The notes under the pieces are model-generated. The model saw only the letters and a program-made list of their open reading frames with translations, had not been told where the DNA came from and did no database searches. Position numbers and translations under genes: made by a program. Below are positions 47,068 to 60,286 of a stretch of 64,000 bases of DNA, in pieces. The stretch spans positions 124,001 to 188,000 of the forward strand of contig MU006090.1 in NCBI GenBank assembly GCA_010093705.1, given 5' to 3'. Source of the stretch: Patellaria atrata CBS 101060 (Eukaryota). Numbering within the stretch: position 1 is the first letter of the stretch; each line of letters starts with the position of its first letter.

Positions 47068-48272
47068 TCATACATACTTGCCATCGCGTTGGGTCACGGG
47101 CTCCTGTAATTGAGAGACAAGAGCATCGTTGACCTCCCAATTTTGAGCCCTTTTCGACGCGTTCCGCTTCTTGATGCAGAGTACAGCCCACAAGGCGAGC
47201 AGGGTAAGCATGACACCAGCGACAACACCACCCACTATTTGACCAGCTACTTGACCGGTGCTGATTTGAGCCGGGACCTCGACGAATTCGACGGAGGGTA
47301 ATCCGTTGGTAGCGACTGATACCCCCTTCACCTCTTCTGGGAGGATGCTTTTCTTCTCATCAACGACCTGTTCTTCTTCTACTTCTTCGTCCTGATGGAC
47401 GTGAGCAGGATGTGCGATTTCCCCCGGATTAGCCTCTTCAAACTTCTGTTTTACCGTCATTTGTGCTGGTTCCCCTTCGCCCTCAAGAATTTCCTCGGTA
47501 ACTTCTCTTGCAAAAAGTTGTGCGACTTCCTCAAATTCTTTCTCATCTTCTTCGTCTTCTCTTGTGGTAAGTCCTTCGGTTCCTTCGTAATCATCAGTCT
47601 CTTCGTCGTCTTCTCTAGCATTAAGACGTGCGGCTTCCCCATCTTGCTCAACCTCCTCATCTCGTCCAGTAGAAATTTTCGTCGATTCCTCTCCTTCAGA
47701 CTCTTCATATTGTCTCACAGCAGGGTTGAAAATTACATTCTCATCATCAGATTCCACCTCTTCTACATCCTCCCCAGGCAAAACCCGCATCGTCTTCTCC
47801 TCTTCTGAGTCATCCTCACTAAGCTCGACTTCGGATCGGCTAACGAGACGCCTCTTATCTACCTCAATATTCTCGTTGAGCTCCTCCTCAGATCTGCTGA
47901 CGATGATCTTATCATCCATTGCGGCTTCGTCGTCGAGCTCATTGGCTTCGGCAACGTTGCTGAGCTCGATGCCAGTGGGGACGTGCTGCCCAACAGCCTC
48001 CTCAGAGGCATCCTCGCCAAGCTCCACTTCAGATCGACTGACAAGGATCTTATCCTCCGTTACGGCTCCGTCCCCGAGTTCTACAGCGTTGACGGCAGGG
48101 ACCTCGATGGCGTTGGGGATAACTGGCTTGAGGGCGTCAGGAGCGTCGTTGCTGAGCTCGACCTCAGACCTGCCGATAAGGATCTTGCCGTTATCATTGG
48201 GGGCCATGAAGAATTTGGGCCTGGAGATGTCAGTAGATGGTTAGGGGTCAGAAGCCATTGAGCTTACGCCAT
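47068..48272 (-). CDS. Acidic repetitive protein with a single C-terminal transmembrane helix
   Basis: A 5-nt first coding exon ATGGC, a GTAAGC...CTGAC...CAG intron, then MAPKFFMAPNDNGKILIGRSEVEL... The 379-aa open frame is very E/D-rich; TM IVGGVVAGVMLTLLALWAVLCI is followed by KKR. Confidence 0.75.
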
Positions 48273-50023
48273 GATTGTTGGAGGGGAATTTTGTGATTGA
48301 GGTGCAAGACCAAACGAACTAAAGAGAAGTCGAGAGCGTGAGAGAGGGAATGGGCTATTTAACTTAGTCTTGCGGTCAAAGCTCCGAGACGATGGAGGTG
48401 TGGTGGGTCGTTTTGTGGAGTTAAGCGAGGAGATATCATTTATGTCTTTCTGTTGGATGTGCTAGAGATGCGGAGAGGGGATATCCTGTGTGGTACTGAC
48501 ATCATGTATTGCTCTCCAAGGTCTGAGACGGCGTAGAAGGGATCTGGGTGTAAGGATGAGGAATGAAAATCGCTGTGAACTTGGTGCCCCAGACGAGGAA
48601 TGTATATTCCAGACCTGGACCAGACATAATCAGTGGGTTCCCACCTACGAAGTCGAAGTCTCGAACTGTTCAAGATCGATTTCGTTCGTTCATGATACTA
48701 TTCGTCCAGATTCCACAGCCATTCATGGGTGCTGCCAACCGCCTCACTCAGTTAGATACATCTCTGATTAGAAGATAAGCTCTGCTAAGCTACCAGACGA
48801 GAATATTTTACGGATGATAAGCTCCAATTAACTTTCGGAAAGTCCGTGGTTGAGGTCTGTATAGACGCGGATTCAGAGTCGTGACATCAATATTCGCAGG
48901 TTGTTGCAGGAGGAATTGGCTGAGGCTGATATCTTGTAGAATCATATGAGTGTATCCTCATCTCCTCGGTAAGACCGTCTTTCCAGCACCCTTCTTGTAT
49001 ATGAAAGCCTAGATGGAATATGAATCCCCGTATACGGTTCAAATCAATGTTGGGTGTATAGAGAGCCACAAGAGCTTCATACTTGAACCCGGAAGGACGC
49101 TATTTGGAAGATCGGAGGTCAATAAACTTGACCGTCGATGATGATTTGGAGTTTAGTTGGATAGCCGACCATGGTTCGGTACATGCTGGATGCGGGGTGG
49201 GTTTCTCAACGGTATCAATATCTCCAACTTGCTACAGCGGAGGACGAGTTCCAATTGGGATCATTAGCATTAACCTCCATCATAGAATGTGGTACACGCA
49301 CAAAGTTGCCCGCCCCTTTTGTCACATGGACGTTGCACCGATGGTAGGAAATCCGGTTGGCAGGTAGAAATTCATGATACCATTAAGGATATATCTGCAC
49401 TGGTAACGTAAAGTGTCGTCAATAATAATGATTTTTACTCGATATCCTCATCAATAGAAAAAATCCATTAAATACGCATAAGAAAAAGTCGTTTTCTGTA
49501 ATAACAGTCACAGAAGACAATCGTCTCTTAAGTTTGATCTTGAGGTCGTGACAATAATCCCAAAAAAGGGTGTGCAACTGCAGAGAGACAGAAGGCAGCC
49601 GCACCAATGGTAAGAAACAGTGAAAGAAGAACGAAGAATATAAACAAAGTCGTGCCGCCGTCTTTTTCCGCTCGCTGAACGCTTCAATGCTACGCGCTGG
49701 ACGCTATGCTAGCCGCCTACGAAAGGAGAAAACAAATGATAGAAGAAAAAATTTCCTCATAAAACTAAGCTTAAAACCCCAAATGCCTATAAAAGTGGCA
49801 AAGAAAGCCGTCCTAATGAAACTGAGTACCGAAATTGCGAGTCATGAGTCGTGAGTATGGAGTCGTAACGTGCCGTCGTGATATCGTGAAAACAAAGATT
49901 CTTCAAATCGCAATCTTTAGCCGCCCATATACTTTTCGCCCTCTGATTTTGCGCCCTTGGTGGTTTCCTCCCCTTTCAGGATTACGTCCTTATTGGTTTT
50001 TTCCCTCGTAGTAATTCTCCCTT

Positions 50024-50867
50024 TTAGCGCCATGCACCGTCGCGAAGGCATGAGTTGCACCGTTCATACTGTCTCATAGAACCGCGTCCGCAAAAGCAAA
50101 GCGCGCCGGATGATCTGCTCGAGCGTCGGCTCTGTGTCTCAGTATCAAGTCCACTATCGCTGCTGCGAGGGCTGCTGCCCCCGCTCAAAGTCTCTGGATA
50201 GGTGCTGCTCCCGATATCATACTCGTTCGAGGAACTGCTGCCCGTGTTGCGACGTCCAGTTCCGATAGCGACAGGTAAACCTTGTATAACACCTCCTTGT
50301 CCTTGTCTTTGACCGGGGTACATTCCATCGTTGACAGAGAAGTTGCGGCAGATCATGTACGCTCTGGTCGCTGCGGCGTTCCGGGCAAGCTCGTAACTGT
50401 CATATGCGGTGTCCGTAGTGTACTCGCGGTTATTGACTCGAACGGTACATGTGTAGCCGCGTCTGGTTTGGAATACCTCGTATAGCGGGTCTGGCCAGTG
50501 GCGACGTTGGCATAAGCCTGTTACATTGCGATCGAATTAGTTTGATGTTCAATGAAAACCTTAACGTTCAATTGAAAAAATAAAAAATAAAAATCAGACG
50601 TATAGTTGGCCACAAAAGCATCAGAAAATGAACGGAGGACGAATGAAAAATGAAGAACATTGTAACCGAAAACACACATCACCGTCCGAGCGGTTGCTAA
50701 GAAAACTCCGACAGCCACTATTCGACCATTTCAAATAATCATACAACATCAATGGAAGAATTTTTGACGTTGATGCATAAGGCTACGAACTGATATCCGA
50801 GCATGTGGCGATGGACATGGGATGAAATGCAGGATGCCTTACCCGTCAGGTACATAATGTAGAACAT
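50024..50867 (-). CDS. Small double-stranded-RNA-binding-motif-like protein (2 exons, intron 50518-50842)
   Basis: Exon 1 MFYIMYLT + G|GTAAGG, acceptor AACAG, then LCQRRHWPDPLYEVFQTRRGYTCTVRVNNREY...ARNAAATRAY (dsRBD-like pattern). Ser-rich linker; C-terminal CFC...CNSC. Confidence 0.75.
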
Positions 50868-53800
50868 GTTTGCCAGCTTAGGTACCAAGTAGCAACTGAA
50901 AAGTTGTAGGTGTTGAAGGTCAATTGCTACGTGGTGAGGATGACACTTTTGGTAGGTCCTAGAGGAATATCCCACTTAGGTTGACGTCGAAATCCCAAGA
51001 ACCGATTGACCCGTGGCTTCTGTCGTACCACACCGGATCTTATTTTGGCCTTGTCAGTACCAAAGCAAGCAATGACAGCTGTCTTGTTAACCAGTAGTGC
51101 CTATGAGAAGCGTCGACAACAAGGGAGAGTGAGTGGTCAAGGCAGAGGGAGAGTTGGGGGTGGGTGGAATATCTGGCTCCAACAGCGGGAAGGAAAGAAA
51201 TATATTGCAGCAGCTGGCGTAGAGGCATGTCTAAACATGCATGAGTCTTAGGACAAAGGTAGGAAAGCAACTAAACACATTGGCTGTTCCAGATGAATAA
51301 TATGCAAGCGCGATTGAGGCTCCGTTGAGAGACCCATATTGATGTGTTGGCGTGCCTTTTCACCAGTGAAAAGACTGTTCCAGAAAGCATAGTTTTAGAT
51401 AGACCTCTACAAGGCACATCGAGACGCTGATCCAGCACAGCGGCCTTGACGAACGGCTCACAGGAGATTTTTCCCGACGAGAGGCGGCCGTCAATCACGC
51501 TACGTCTGCAGCTGAGTGGCGAAATGGAATTGAGACCCCGATATTCTCGCAGGCTGATGTGCAAACGTTGAAGGTATGAATAACTAGACCCCACGGGTTC
51601 AAGTGATGAGTTACATGAAGGAGCTCCGTAATGGGCGTTTTAGGGCTGTCCGGACGGCCACTAATGCAGTGTTTCCTCTTGCTTGTACTGGACAAAATGG
51701 TAATTGAGAGATCAATTGAATGGTAACATCAAAATCCAGTGTGAGCGACAATATCCGTGATCTCGACCCCGGGTAGCATGAAGCGATCTTCGTATGGGGA
51801 GGAGTCGTCAGGATCGATATTCACCCTGCACCACAGTCCCCAGACTGGGTAGGTGAAATGGACGACATGGGATGGTGCTATTCCTGTCGTATGCCAGTTC
51901 AAGCGCGGTCATGGCGGTTGACGCATCGAGGCATGGTTTAGTTGAAGAGGGAATATGACACGCTACCGTGATGTTGATTGCTCATTACTGAAAAGAAAAG
52001 TGGCTTTTGATACCTGGAGTGATTCCATCCACGCTCGGGCATGCTAGAGGTAGCACGACAGGTAATAAGCCAGGACATTACCTAGCACGAGCTTAAAGAT
52101 TGAGAGATTCGATGCAACAAGTAGAGAGCGTTAGATGAAAATAATTGTTGCTGGCATCGTGGGCTTGAGATGCAATTGCCCTGCTCGCCCTGGGCAAAGT
52201 GGATGGCCGTGCTCCTGCATGATGAGCTGGCAACGCTTAAGATTCTTTGAAAATGGGACTATATGCGCCATCATCCGGAAAAGGACATAACCAGCGTCTC
52301 AGACATGCGAGAAATATCGAGCAGCATGAGTCGCCGTTGAGGCACCGGGAAAAAGATGCGGGTTGTCTGGTTGTGCAGAAGAATTTGGACACTTGGGGTT
52401 CCTCAGCCGTCGATTTCTTCTGGGAAGTCAACGCGGCCAAGTGAGAACTGGCGTGGATCTGATGATCGCCATATTACCCGCATAAACAAATGGCTTCGTT
52501 ACAGGCATGTCGTTGGTGGAAGGTCAATAATTGTAAATTCGTAGACGTAGAAGACTGTATCCTCCGTACGAGACTTCGAGTCTAAGATGTTACCTTTAGC
52601 TTACAGTGATATTGCTTGGGGGGTGAGATGGTCGTTGTTTTGCCGCTTAGGTTGTATTCCAACGTCAAAGGACGGTACACTATATTTTCCGTCTGGCTGT
52701 ACGCGGCAAAGCCGGTCACTGTCACTCGCTCTCCCTGCAGCCTACAGATACTAGACAAGTATGTATCTTTCCGAGAGTGCAGGCAGAGTGAAGAGAGTGC
52801 AGAGTGCAGAGCGCAACAAGCGTGGAGACACTTGGGACACTGGGACACGGGGCGTTAGAACTTGTTGTACTGTACTGTACATCTGCCCCATCGCGGTCGA
52901 GGCTATTTTGCTTGTTCCTCCTGTGAATCATCGAAGGAAGCACCAACACTCTTGTCTCTAATGTGGAGAGGGGTTAGAGTGTTGTTAGACGCCCAAGCCG
53001 TTAGGACTCCCTGTAGTTTGGTTTCCTTGTCATTGGTGGAGACTGCTGCATTTCGAGAGGCAGATTCTGCTGGAGAGATTCCGATTCACGAACACAACGA
53101 TAAGGTAGGGAGGATTTGTGGTGCCTGAGAGTTACCTGGTCAAAGAAGTTTGTTAGGCAACGAGGGTGTCACTTCAAGCGTTGGATGCTGTATAAACTCT
53201 ACTTGTAATACAGTAGTCTAGTATAACCGTTAATGCGCAATGCCGGCAGGGAGTCCGTGCTGCCGTGAAACAGTGAGGAGGATTTTTGAACGAGTATCGA
53301 GGCGGTGTAGGGGGTTTAGAACTATAGACGGAGTCTTTGTTCTCGTTGTATTGCAAACTCACCCTCTATCGTGCGGCGAAGGATGGAAGCATCGTGAGAG
53401 AGAGTGCAACTTTGCGGCCTTTGATGCCATCAACACCTTGTGAGAGAACTGAATAGCTCTCTAGTCGTACGTCGTCCGAACAGAGCATCACGGCAATCAC
53501 TCCTCTCTGAATGCTGAATGAGCTAGGAGATTTTCAGCCCTACGGACTCTCCCCGCTTGCGGCCCCTCTCCCGAGGTGGGGAAGGTCAATGTTACTTTTG
53601 TATATGTTGTGTATTGGAGCGATGAAATGATCAAGTCGAGATTGTATATATCTCGATGCACTGTCTGAACTCGCCTTCACGGCTCCCTGCAGTTATTTCG
53701 GTGTGCAATATACTCCGGGCGTTATCGAACGACAACTCGTCGAGGTATCTACCAGCAAGGCGAGTAACAAGTGTAAACTCTCAACAGACTCCTAGCCTTC

Positions 53801-53891
53801 AGTGAGACGGTTTGGATCCTGTCTCATTGGCCAGCACGAAAATCTCAAAAGAAGAAGTCAGATATTGCTCTGCGATAATATCTTGAGCAAT

Positions 53892-54325
53892 ATGTCGAAA
53901 GGCATCGAACGCATAACGCTATTCAAGCTTCCAGATGAATCCGATATGGAAATGCTCCTGGCAAAATATTCCACTCTTCAAATGGACGCTAAAAAGGTCG
54001 GTAAAGGATCACTTTCAGTCTTGGTCCCTTTTGACTCCTGGTTATCCTAGGGCCCCTTGTTACCCCGGATTGCTCGTTCTGAAATCGATTCGCTGTACTG
54101 ATACGGTTAAAGGACTCTCACCCGTACATCATCAAGGCCTCCGCCTCTCGGACACATTCCGATGCGCGTAATCGTGGGATAACTATCGTAGCGAAAACCA
54201 CATTTGCCTCCCTGGAGGATATGAAATTCTACGATGAGGAATGTGAGGCACATGCTAGCATCAAAGCAGCCCTAAAAGGGAAACTTGAAGAGCCGCCAGT
54301 AACTGTGTTTATGGACGCTGCATAG
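53892..54325 (+). CDS. Stress-responsive A/B barrel (Dabb) domain protein (2 exons)
   Basis: MSKGIERITLFKLP...DAKK/DSHPYII...RNRGITIVAKTTFASLEDMKFYDEECEAHASIK...*. Confidence 0.85.
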
Positions 54326-54772
54326 GACTAAAGTCTAAAGCACGCGTACGCGGTGGCATCGGTTCCAGTACTCAGAGTCCTCAAAATATTATCTCCTTAC
54401 GTCTACCGGGATCTATAGGCCGTCAGTGTAAGACAACCAGGCAGTGTTTTTTAGGATCGAAATGTACCAGCGATGAAATCTCGTATGTCAGAACGATAGA
54501 TGGTGTATTAGCTTCATGCACAAAATTTACTTCTACCGCTCATGCGAGTGAGCAACATCTGCAGAAGTTTAGAACCCTAATTCTCGAATTGGTCTCTTCT
54601 TGATCATATGATAACACCATAAGACTCTGTAATGGGCAGGCCGACGATTTCGAATGTATGAGAAGCTATTTGAGGAAATATCGGTCATATTTAGGCCGCC
54701 GCAAACGATAGACCTGGGGGATAGTTGCATTTTGAGCGTAGTACAAGAAAGGCAAATATCTGACTGCTGCCA

Positions 54773-56316
54773 TTAGCAATGTGTCTTGAGATACCTCCAT
54801 ATCCAACTCCAACCACCCAATAGTGCGGTCACTCCTGTAAAAATGATCATTGGGCCATATTTCGAACTGTAACCTCCCGTATTCTCTAGATCTAACCAAC
54901 CAGCATTAGTCATTAACGCCACGCTCAGCGGGCCACTAATAACATTGCCAATCCCGCGACCACCTGAAAGCAATCCAAACATGAAACCCGTATCTGATGC
55001 TGGTGACTCTCTTTTCAATTCCATCAGAGCGCCGGACCATGTCGTGCTATAACCACCTGCGAAGAAGCCATAGACAATAACGAAGATGCTCAAGACGGCA
55101 ACGTGGCTTGAGAAGCCCCACAAGAAGAAAATGGCAGCCGTAGAACCCAGGGTGGAGACCAAGATGGCATTCGTTACATGAAAGTGATCGCTTACGACTC
55201 CGATGACAATACCTCCAAACACGGAAGTCCCGTTCAGGATGGAAAGGAGAAGAGTACCGATTGTACTAGATAGATGAAGCTGGTCCACAGTGTATGCTGA
55301 GAGGTACGCCGTCGGTAAGAAGTAGCCCAAGCTCTGCATAATGTTACCAGCTTGCAGCATCCAGAATGAAGATAAGCGAAGAAAGGACAAATCTAGACGA
55401 CGAGCTGACGATGATCGAGCTACGGGTATTCGAGGGCGAAGAAAATGGAGCAGAGGTGCTGTCATAAGTAACTATTCAAGGATGATCAGTACCTTTGACA
55501 ACCGCTCTTTTCGTAAGGGTGACGTACTGTAGCGACGGTCCAACCTTGGAGTGTGGTTCGAGGGCCAAATTTTCGAAGTGATACATCCATAATGAAAGGT
55601 AGTACAACCCCTGAGATGCTCTTTCCAGCCCACATAATCCCTATAGCTAAACCCTTCTTTCGAACGAACCACTCATCTAGGTAGAGAGTGGTAGGAGCGA
55701 AGAGTAATCCGCTTCCAAGTCCACAAAGCACTCCTTGTGTTGCAATTAGCTGCCATACTTCTGTAGCAAAAGACGACAGTAACAAGCTAATGATGTTGAT
55801 TAAGAGTCCTATAGGTCCACAGATAGAACGTATCCCGGGCCATCTGGTCAATACGCCGAAAAGAACTGGGGAAGTAAGATATAGTATTCCCTGCGACCAC
55901 TTTAGCACAGCACTATATCCATTTTCTATGCCAACCTACCGTGAAGGTAGTTCCAATAATAGCAATTCCGGATTTATTTCCTTTTAACCCGGAGTCTTTG
56001 GTATAGAATTCCTGAAACACCCCAAAAGCTAGAGAAAAACCTTTGTAATTCCTTTAAGTCATGAGAATGTTCTCTCACTACGGAAGTACTTACCCCAAAC
56101 AGGTGTTTGGATGATAGAACATCCAGCTAAAACCAACCATGCTGCCCTACCGCCGTCGGTAGGGGGTAATGGTGTCTGTTCGACTTCAGACTGCCCAGAG
56201 CCGAAGCTCGAATGGATAATATGTGATGCATCAAGCTCATTTATCTGTTCTGTGGCTGGCCTTGGTATAGTAGCTTGAGCCCGCTGCAGGTCCAACTCAT
56301 ACTCTACTGTCGACAT
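54773..56316 (-). CDS. MFS transporter, monocarboxylate porter (Mch-like) family (4 exons)
   Basis: LPPTDGGRAAWLVL; W/GFSLAFGVFQEFY; LYLDEWFVRKKGLAIGIMWAG; multiple TM helices. Confidence 0.9.
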
Positions 56317-57048
56317 GGTATAGAACTGACGAGGAGCAAATTCTCTGTTAAAGTAGACGGTATTTTCGACGGTTGAGCCTGTGAGACTCATTCCATCAAG
56401 AAATTTTTGTATAGAAAAATAATCCCTCAAAAGTCGAATCACAAGGACCCCGCCATCGTCATGTCCTCAAGGATTTCGCCCTTCATTGCACGAACGTGCA
56501 GTGGCAGATCTCTTATTCGCTGACGAGGCGGGATGCGGAATTATCGGGGATGGCATTATTGGTGATTGTAGTAGTATCATCTTGTCATCCCTTTACTGGA
56601 AATAGACTTGTCGAAGAACTCAAGAGGGGATACTTTTCAGGTACGAGTAGCAAATACCTTATGGTATGGTGTTGTTGCAGGCTGGGGTCGAGCTCCTTAC
56701 AAAGTAATCTGAGAAGACAAACTCGTGGTCAAAGCTCGTCTTCCTCTTTGCGGTAGTTTCATCAACTCAACGTCGTGGACTTCTCCTGTATGATTTAACT
56801 GAAATGCGACTTCCCCGCATCATGCAGTGGATACCCACCGTTGCTTCTCGGACTTTGTAAGATGAAATCATGGAGATCCGTATCGGACACTGCATGCCCA
56901 GAGTTACTTCCAAGAATGTATATTTACTACTTAATGTAAAGACAGTCAACGGTCGAGGAATATCCTCACGACCTTTCGGCAACGAGCATAAAATCGCCTT
57001 AATTCGCAACCCAATATTCAGAAAGAAATACCTCTCAGACGGGTCAGA

Positions 57049-57603
57049 ATGGCGCACGAAGGACAACTTCGACAAGTCCAGCGGTTCATAACCACCCACG
57101 ATAAAGAGACGGGTAAATCCATATTTTCCAATGCAGTTCCAGAAGAGACCACGATGCAAGCTCTTCCAGATCGTATGGGATTTGCACTCAGCTACGTGAC
57201 GAAAGGTTTTCCTGTCGATCTGAACAATGAGAAAGATATTGCTCTGTACAAACCTTTCCTTGAAAGTCCACCCGGTCTCACCGTGTCTGAAGGCACCGTT
57301 CTACGCCATGTCGACTTTCCTCCTTCGACGACATGTGTCATGCATAGGACAGTGAGCTTGGACTATGGCGTTGTGATCGAGGGCGAAATTGAAGCTATAC
57401 TTGATAGCGGGGAGACGAGGATATTGCAACGAGGTGATGTATGCATCCAAAGAGGGACTATGCATGCTTGGAGGAATACGAGCGAACACGATTTTTGCAG
57501 AATGATGTTTATTTTACAGGCTTGCAAGCCAATTGAACTGTCTGGTACGGAACTTGGAGAAGCTGGTGTTACAGAAGAGACAGGCATTCGCCAATCCGAT
57601 TAA
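57049..57603 (+). CDS. Cupin-2 domain protein
   Basis: RFITTHDKETGKS; MHRTVSLDYGVVIEGE; GDVCIQRGTMHAWRN (cupin metal-binding motifs). Confidence 0.9.
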   Translation: MAHEGQLRQVQRFITTHDKETGKSIFSNAVPEETTMQALPDRMGFALSYVTKGFPVDLNNEKDIALYKPFLESPPGLTVSEGTVLRHVDFPPSTTCVMHRTVSLDYGVVIEGEIEAILDSGETRILQRGDVCIQRGTMHAWRNTSEHDFCRMMFILQACKPIELSGTELGEAGVTEETGIRQSD

Positions 57604-58036
57604 GTGTCAAGGTTTGGGCAAAAGAAATACAACGGTTCATGGTATATGATATAGAGAATAATTAAACAATAACTTCAATAATCACGATTCTGGGAAGCAA
57701 AGACTTTCTTCCTACATTTAGTAAATTTGGTTGTGCCGTGACTAAATACACCAATCAGACGGACACTAATGATTGACTTTTAGACTCTCAGCTAGGTAAA
57801 CCTCTTTCTCCAGTCCCCTAGAATATTTATTCACTCCACAGCTCGTGCACTTGAACATCAGAAAAATATCATGCATGATTATATTCACGTAAGAAAGAAA
57901 CGCTCTGGTGTAAATTTAAAACACTTGCACGATGCTTTGTCTTCGTGAACTTTGCTAACTGCGGAATAACCTTACTCTATCCGCAAACGTCAACCCGACC
58001 CCATCAACAGCATAATAACTGCAATATATTTCCTAT

Positions 58037-60136
58037 ATGCCAATTCACATTCAGCCCCTCAGAAAACGACGAAAAGTCAAATTTGTTTCAAAAATGTCCT
58101 CATCCGAGAAGAGCTCGATAGATTCAGCAACGCAGACTTTAGAAGAACTACTCAATTCGACATTTCGTGTAGAGGAACTTCCCCCATCCCCATCGGATGA
58201 ACAAGGAGAGATTTCAAATTCGCAAAAGAATAGATATTCTCCGATACCACGACTCTTTACCGAACTCCCACCAATAAGCGACTCACTTGTAACTGATAGC
58301 TCGAGAATCCAGGATGAGACATTAAGAGCTGTTCTCCCGTGGCTAACGTTACGAGGGAATCAAATCACCGACTTCAATTCTTTTGGCATACCGGCGCTAC
58401 AGCGACGTTATCATGCCTCATTCCTCAACAGTGCGTTGGAGGATTATCCCTCTAAGTTCACCTTAATGGATGCGAGTAGACCATGGTTTATGTATTGGGC
58501 ATTGGCGGGACTCTCTTTTCTCGGAGAGGATATTGACGAATATCGAGACAGGTAAGCAACGATCGAGGGATATCAAAGCTGAACTAGGTCCTTCAGAGGC
58601 TATTATTCATTTTGGAATGGACATATTTACAACCATAGTTCCCCTACTATTCCTTTGTCCACTGGAAATGCTTTTAACTTTTATCAATAGAACTATCTAT
58701 ACGTTGGACGCCTGTCAAAATCTCAGCGGAGGGTACGGAGGTGGACATGGTCACTACGCTCATCTCGCAACTACTTATGCTACTGTATTAGCTCTATGTA
58801 TGGTAGGAGGTAGGGATGCATACGACTCTATCGATCGTAAAGCCATGTATGTCTCTTTTCGACGCGTCCAAACTGCCCTGTACTAACCTCCGAAAGGTGG
58901 CATTGGATTGGAAGTATGAAGCAACGAGATGGTGGCTTCACCATGTGCACGGGGGGCGAGCAGGACGTGCGGTATGAAGGTTGTGTAATAGCACCATTGA
59001 CTTGCCTTACTCACTCTCCGATAGAGGTGCATACTGTGCCATGACCATCATCGCCCTCCTTAATCTACCTCTAGACCTTCCTCCCGGTGCCCCCGCCAAA
59101 GTCCAAGGCCACGAGACTTTCCTCACCGGTCTCGGTAACTGGATATCGCGCTGTACGTCCTGTCCTATCTCCTCGATCTACTTTTCTAACCGTCGTAGGC
59201 CAATCTTATGAAGGGGGGATAGGAGCCTCCCCCGGAAACGAGGCCCATGGCGCTTACGCTTTCTGCGGCCTCGCCTGTCTCTGCATCATAGGGCCTCCGC
59301 ACGAAACTATTCCAAAGTGCGTATCTTGCTTCTGCGCACTTTGCAGCTGATCTCCACCCCAATCCCATTCTATCAAACGTCTTCCCTCCCCCTACCCCTA
59401 GACCTTTCCCTCAAAGCTCTCCCTTGAAATTCTTTTCTCACATTCGCTTCAGACCCATCCGTAAGCCACAATCCAACCGCGCTAACACCCACCAGGTACC
59501 TCGACATTCCCTCCCTTCTCTCCTGGATGTCATCTCGTCAACAAGCTCCAGAAGGCGGCTTCACCGGCCGCACTAACAAGCTGGTCGACGGCTGCTATAG
59601 CCATTGGGTTGGCGGCACTTGGACCTTGCTCGAAGCCGCACTCGCCGGCTCAAGCGGCGTAACCGACCCCATCATTGCGGGCGCAATTGAGAAGGGACTG
59701 TGGAGCCGCGAGGGTCTAACGAGATGGATCCTATGCGCGGCGCAGAATAAGAAGGGAGGGTTGAGGGATAAGCCGGGGAAGTGAGTTACCGACCCATCTT
59801 GTTTATCACGTTGGAGCTGGGAAGGCGTTTGTTTGCTAGATCTTCGCTTTGCTAATGGCGTGTGGTAGACCACCTGATGCCTATCATAGCAATTACAACC
59901 TCGCTGGCCTCTCCGCCGCACAGCATCACTATACGTACGACCAGTCGTTCGAGACGGCGTTAGAAGGTGCGCTTGAAGCACCGTTTAAGTGGGTTATTGG
60001 AAGACAGGAGCCGGAAGGGGAGGAGAAGGTGTGGGATCGAAGGGATGAGGTTGAGGATGTTCACCCTGTGTTTGTCGTGCCGTGGGGAGCGGCGGAGCTG
60101 ATGAGGAGATATTTTGAGGGGAAGGTTGGATTTTGA
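58037..60136 (+). CDS. RAM1: Protein farnesyltransferase beta subunit (multi-exon)
   Basis: DASRPW..YW, GGYGGGHGHYAHLATTYA, EQDV/RGAYCA, QSYEGG, EAHGAYAFCGLA, EGGFTGRTNKLVDGCYSHWVG, GGLRDKPGK/PDAYHSNYNLAGLS. Confidence 0.95.
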
Positions 60137-60286
60137 GACATTGGCGATGGAGTACTTTGCAGTAGGGTTGGTTTAGAGGCATTGCAGATCACACGCAGTT
60201 TGGAATACAATTACTTTCCAACTGAATAGGTTTAATATCTACTATCCTTCTCTTCCCATGCCTTTACACCCATCCTCAAACCCAGC

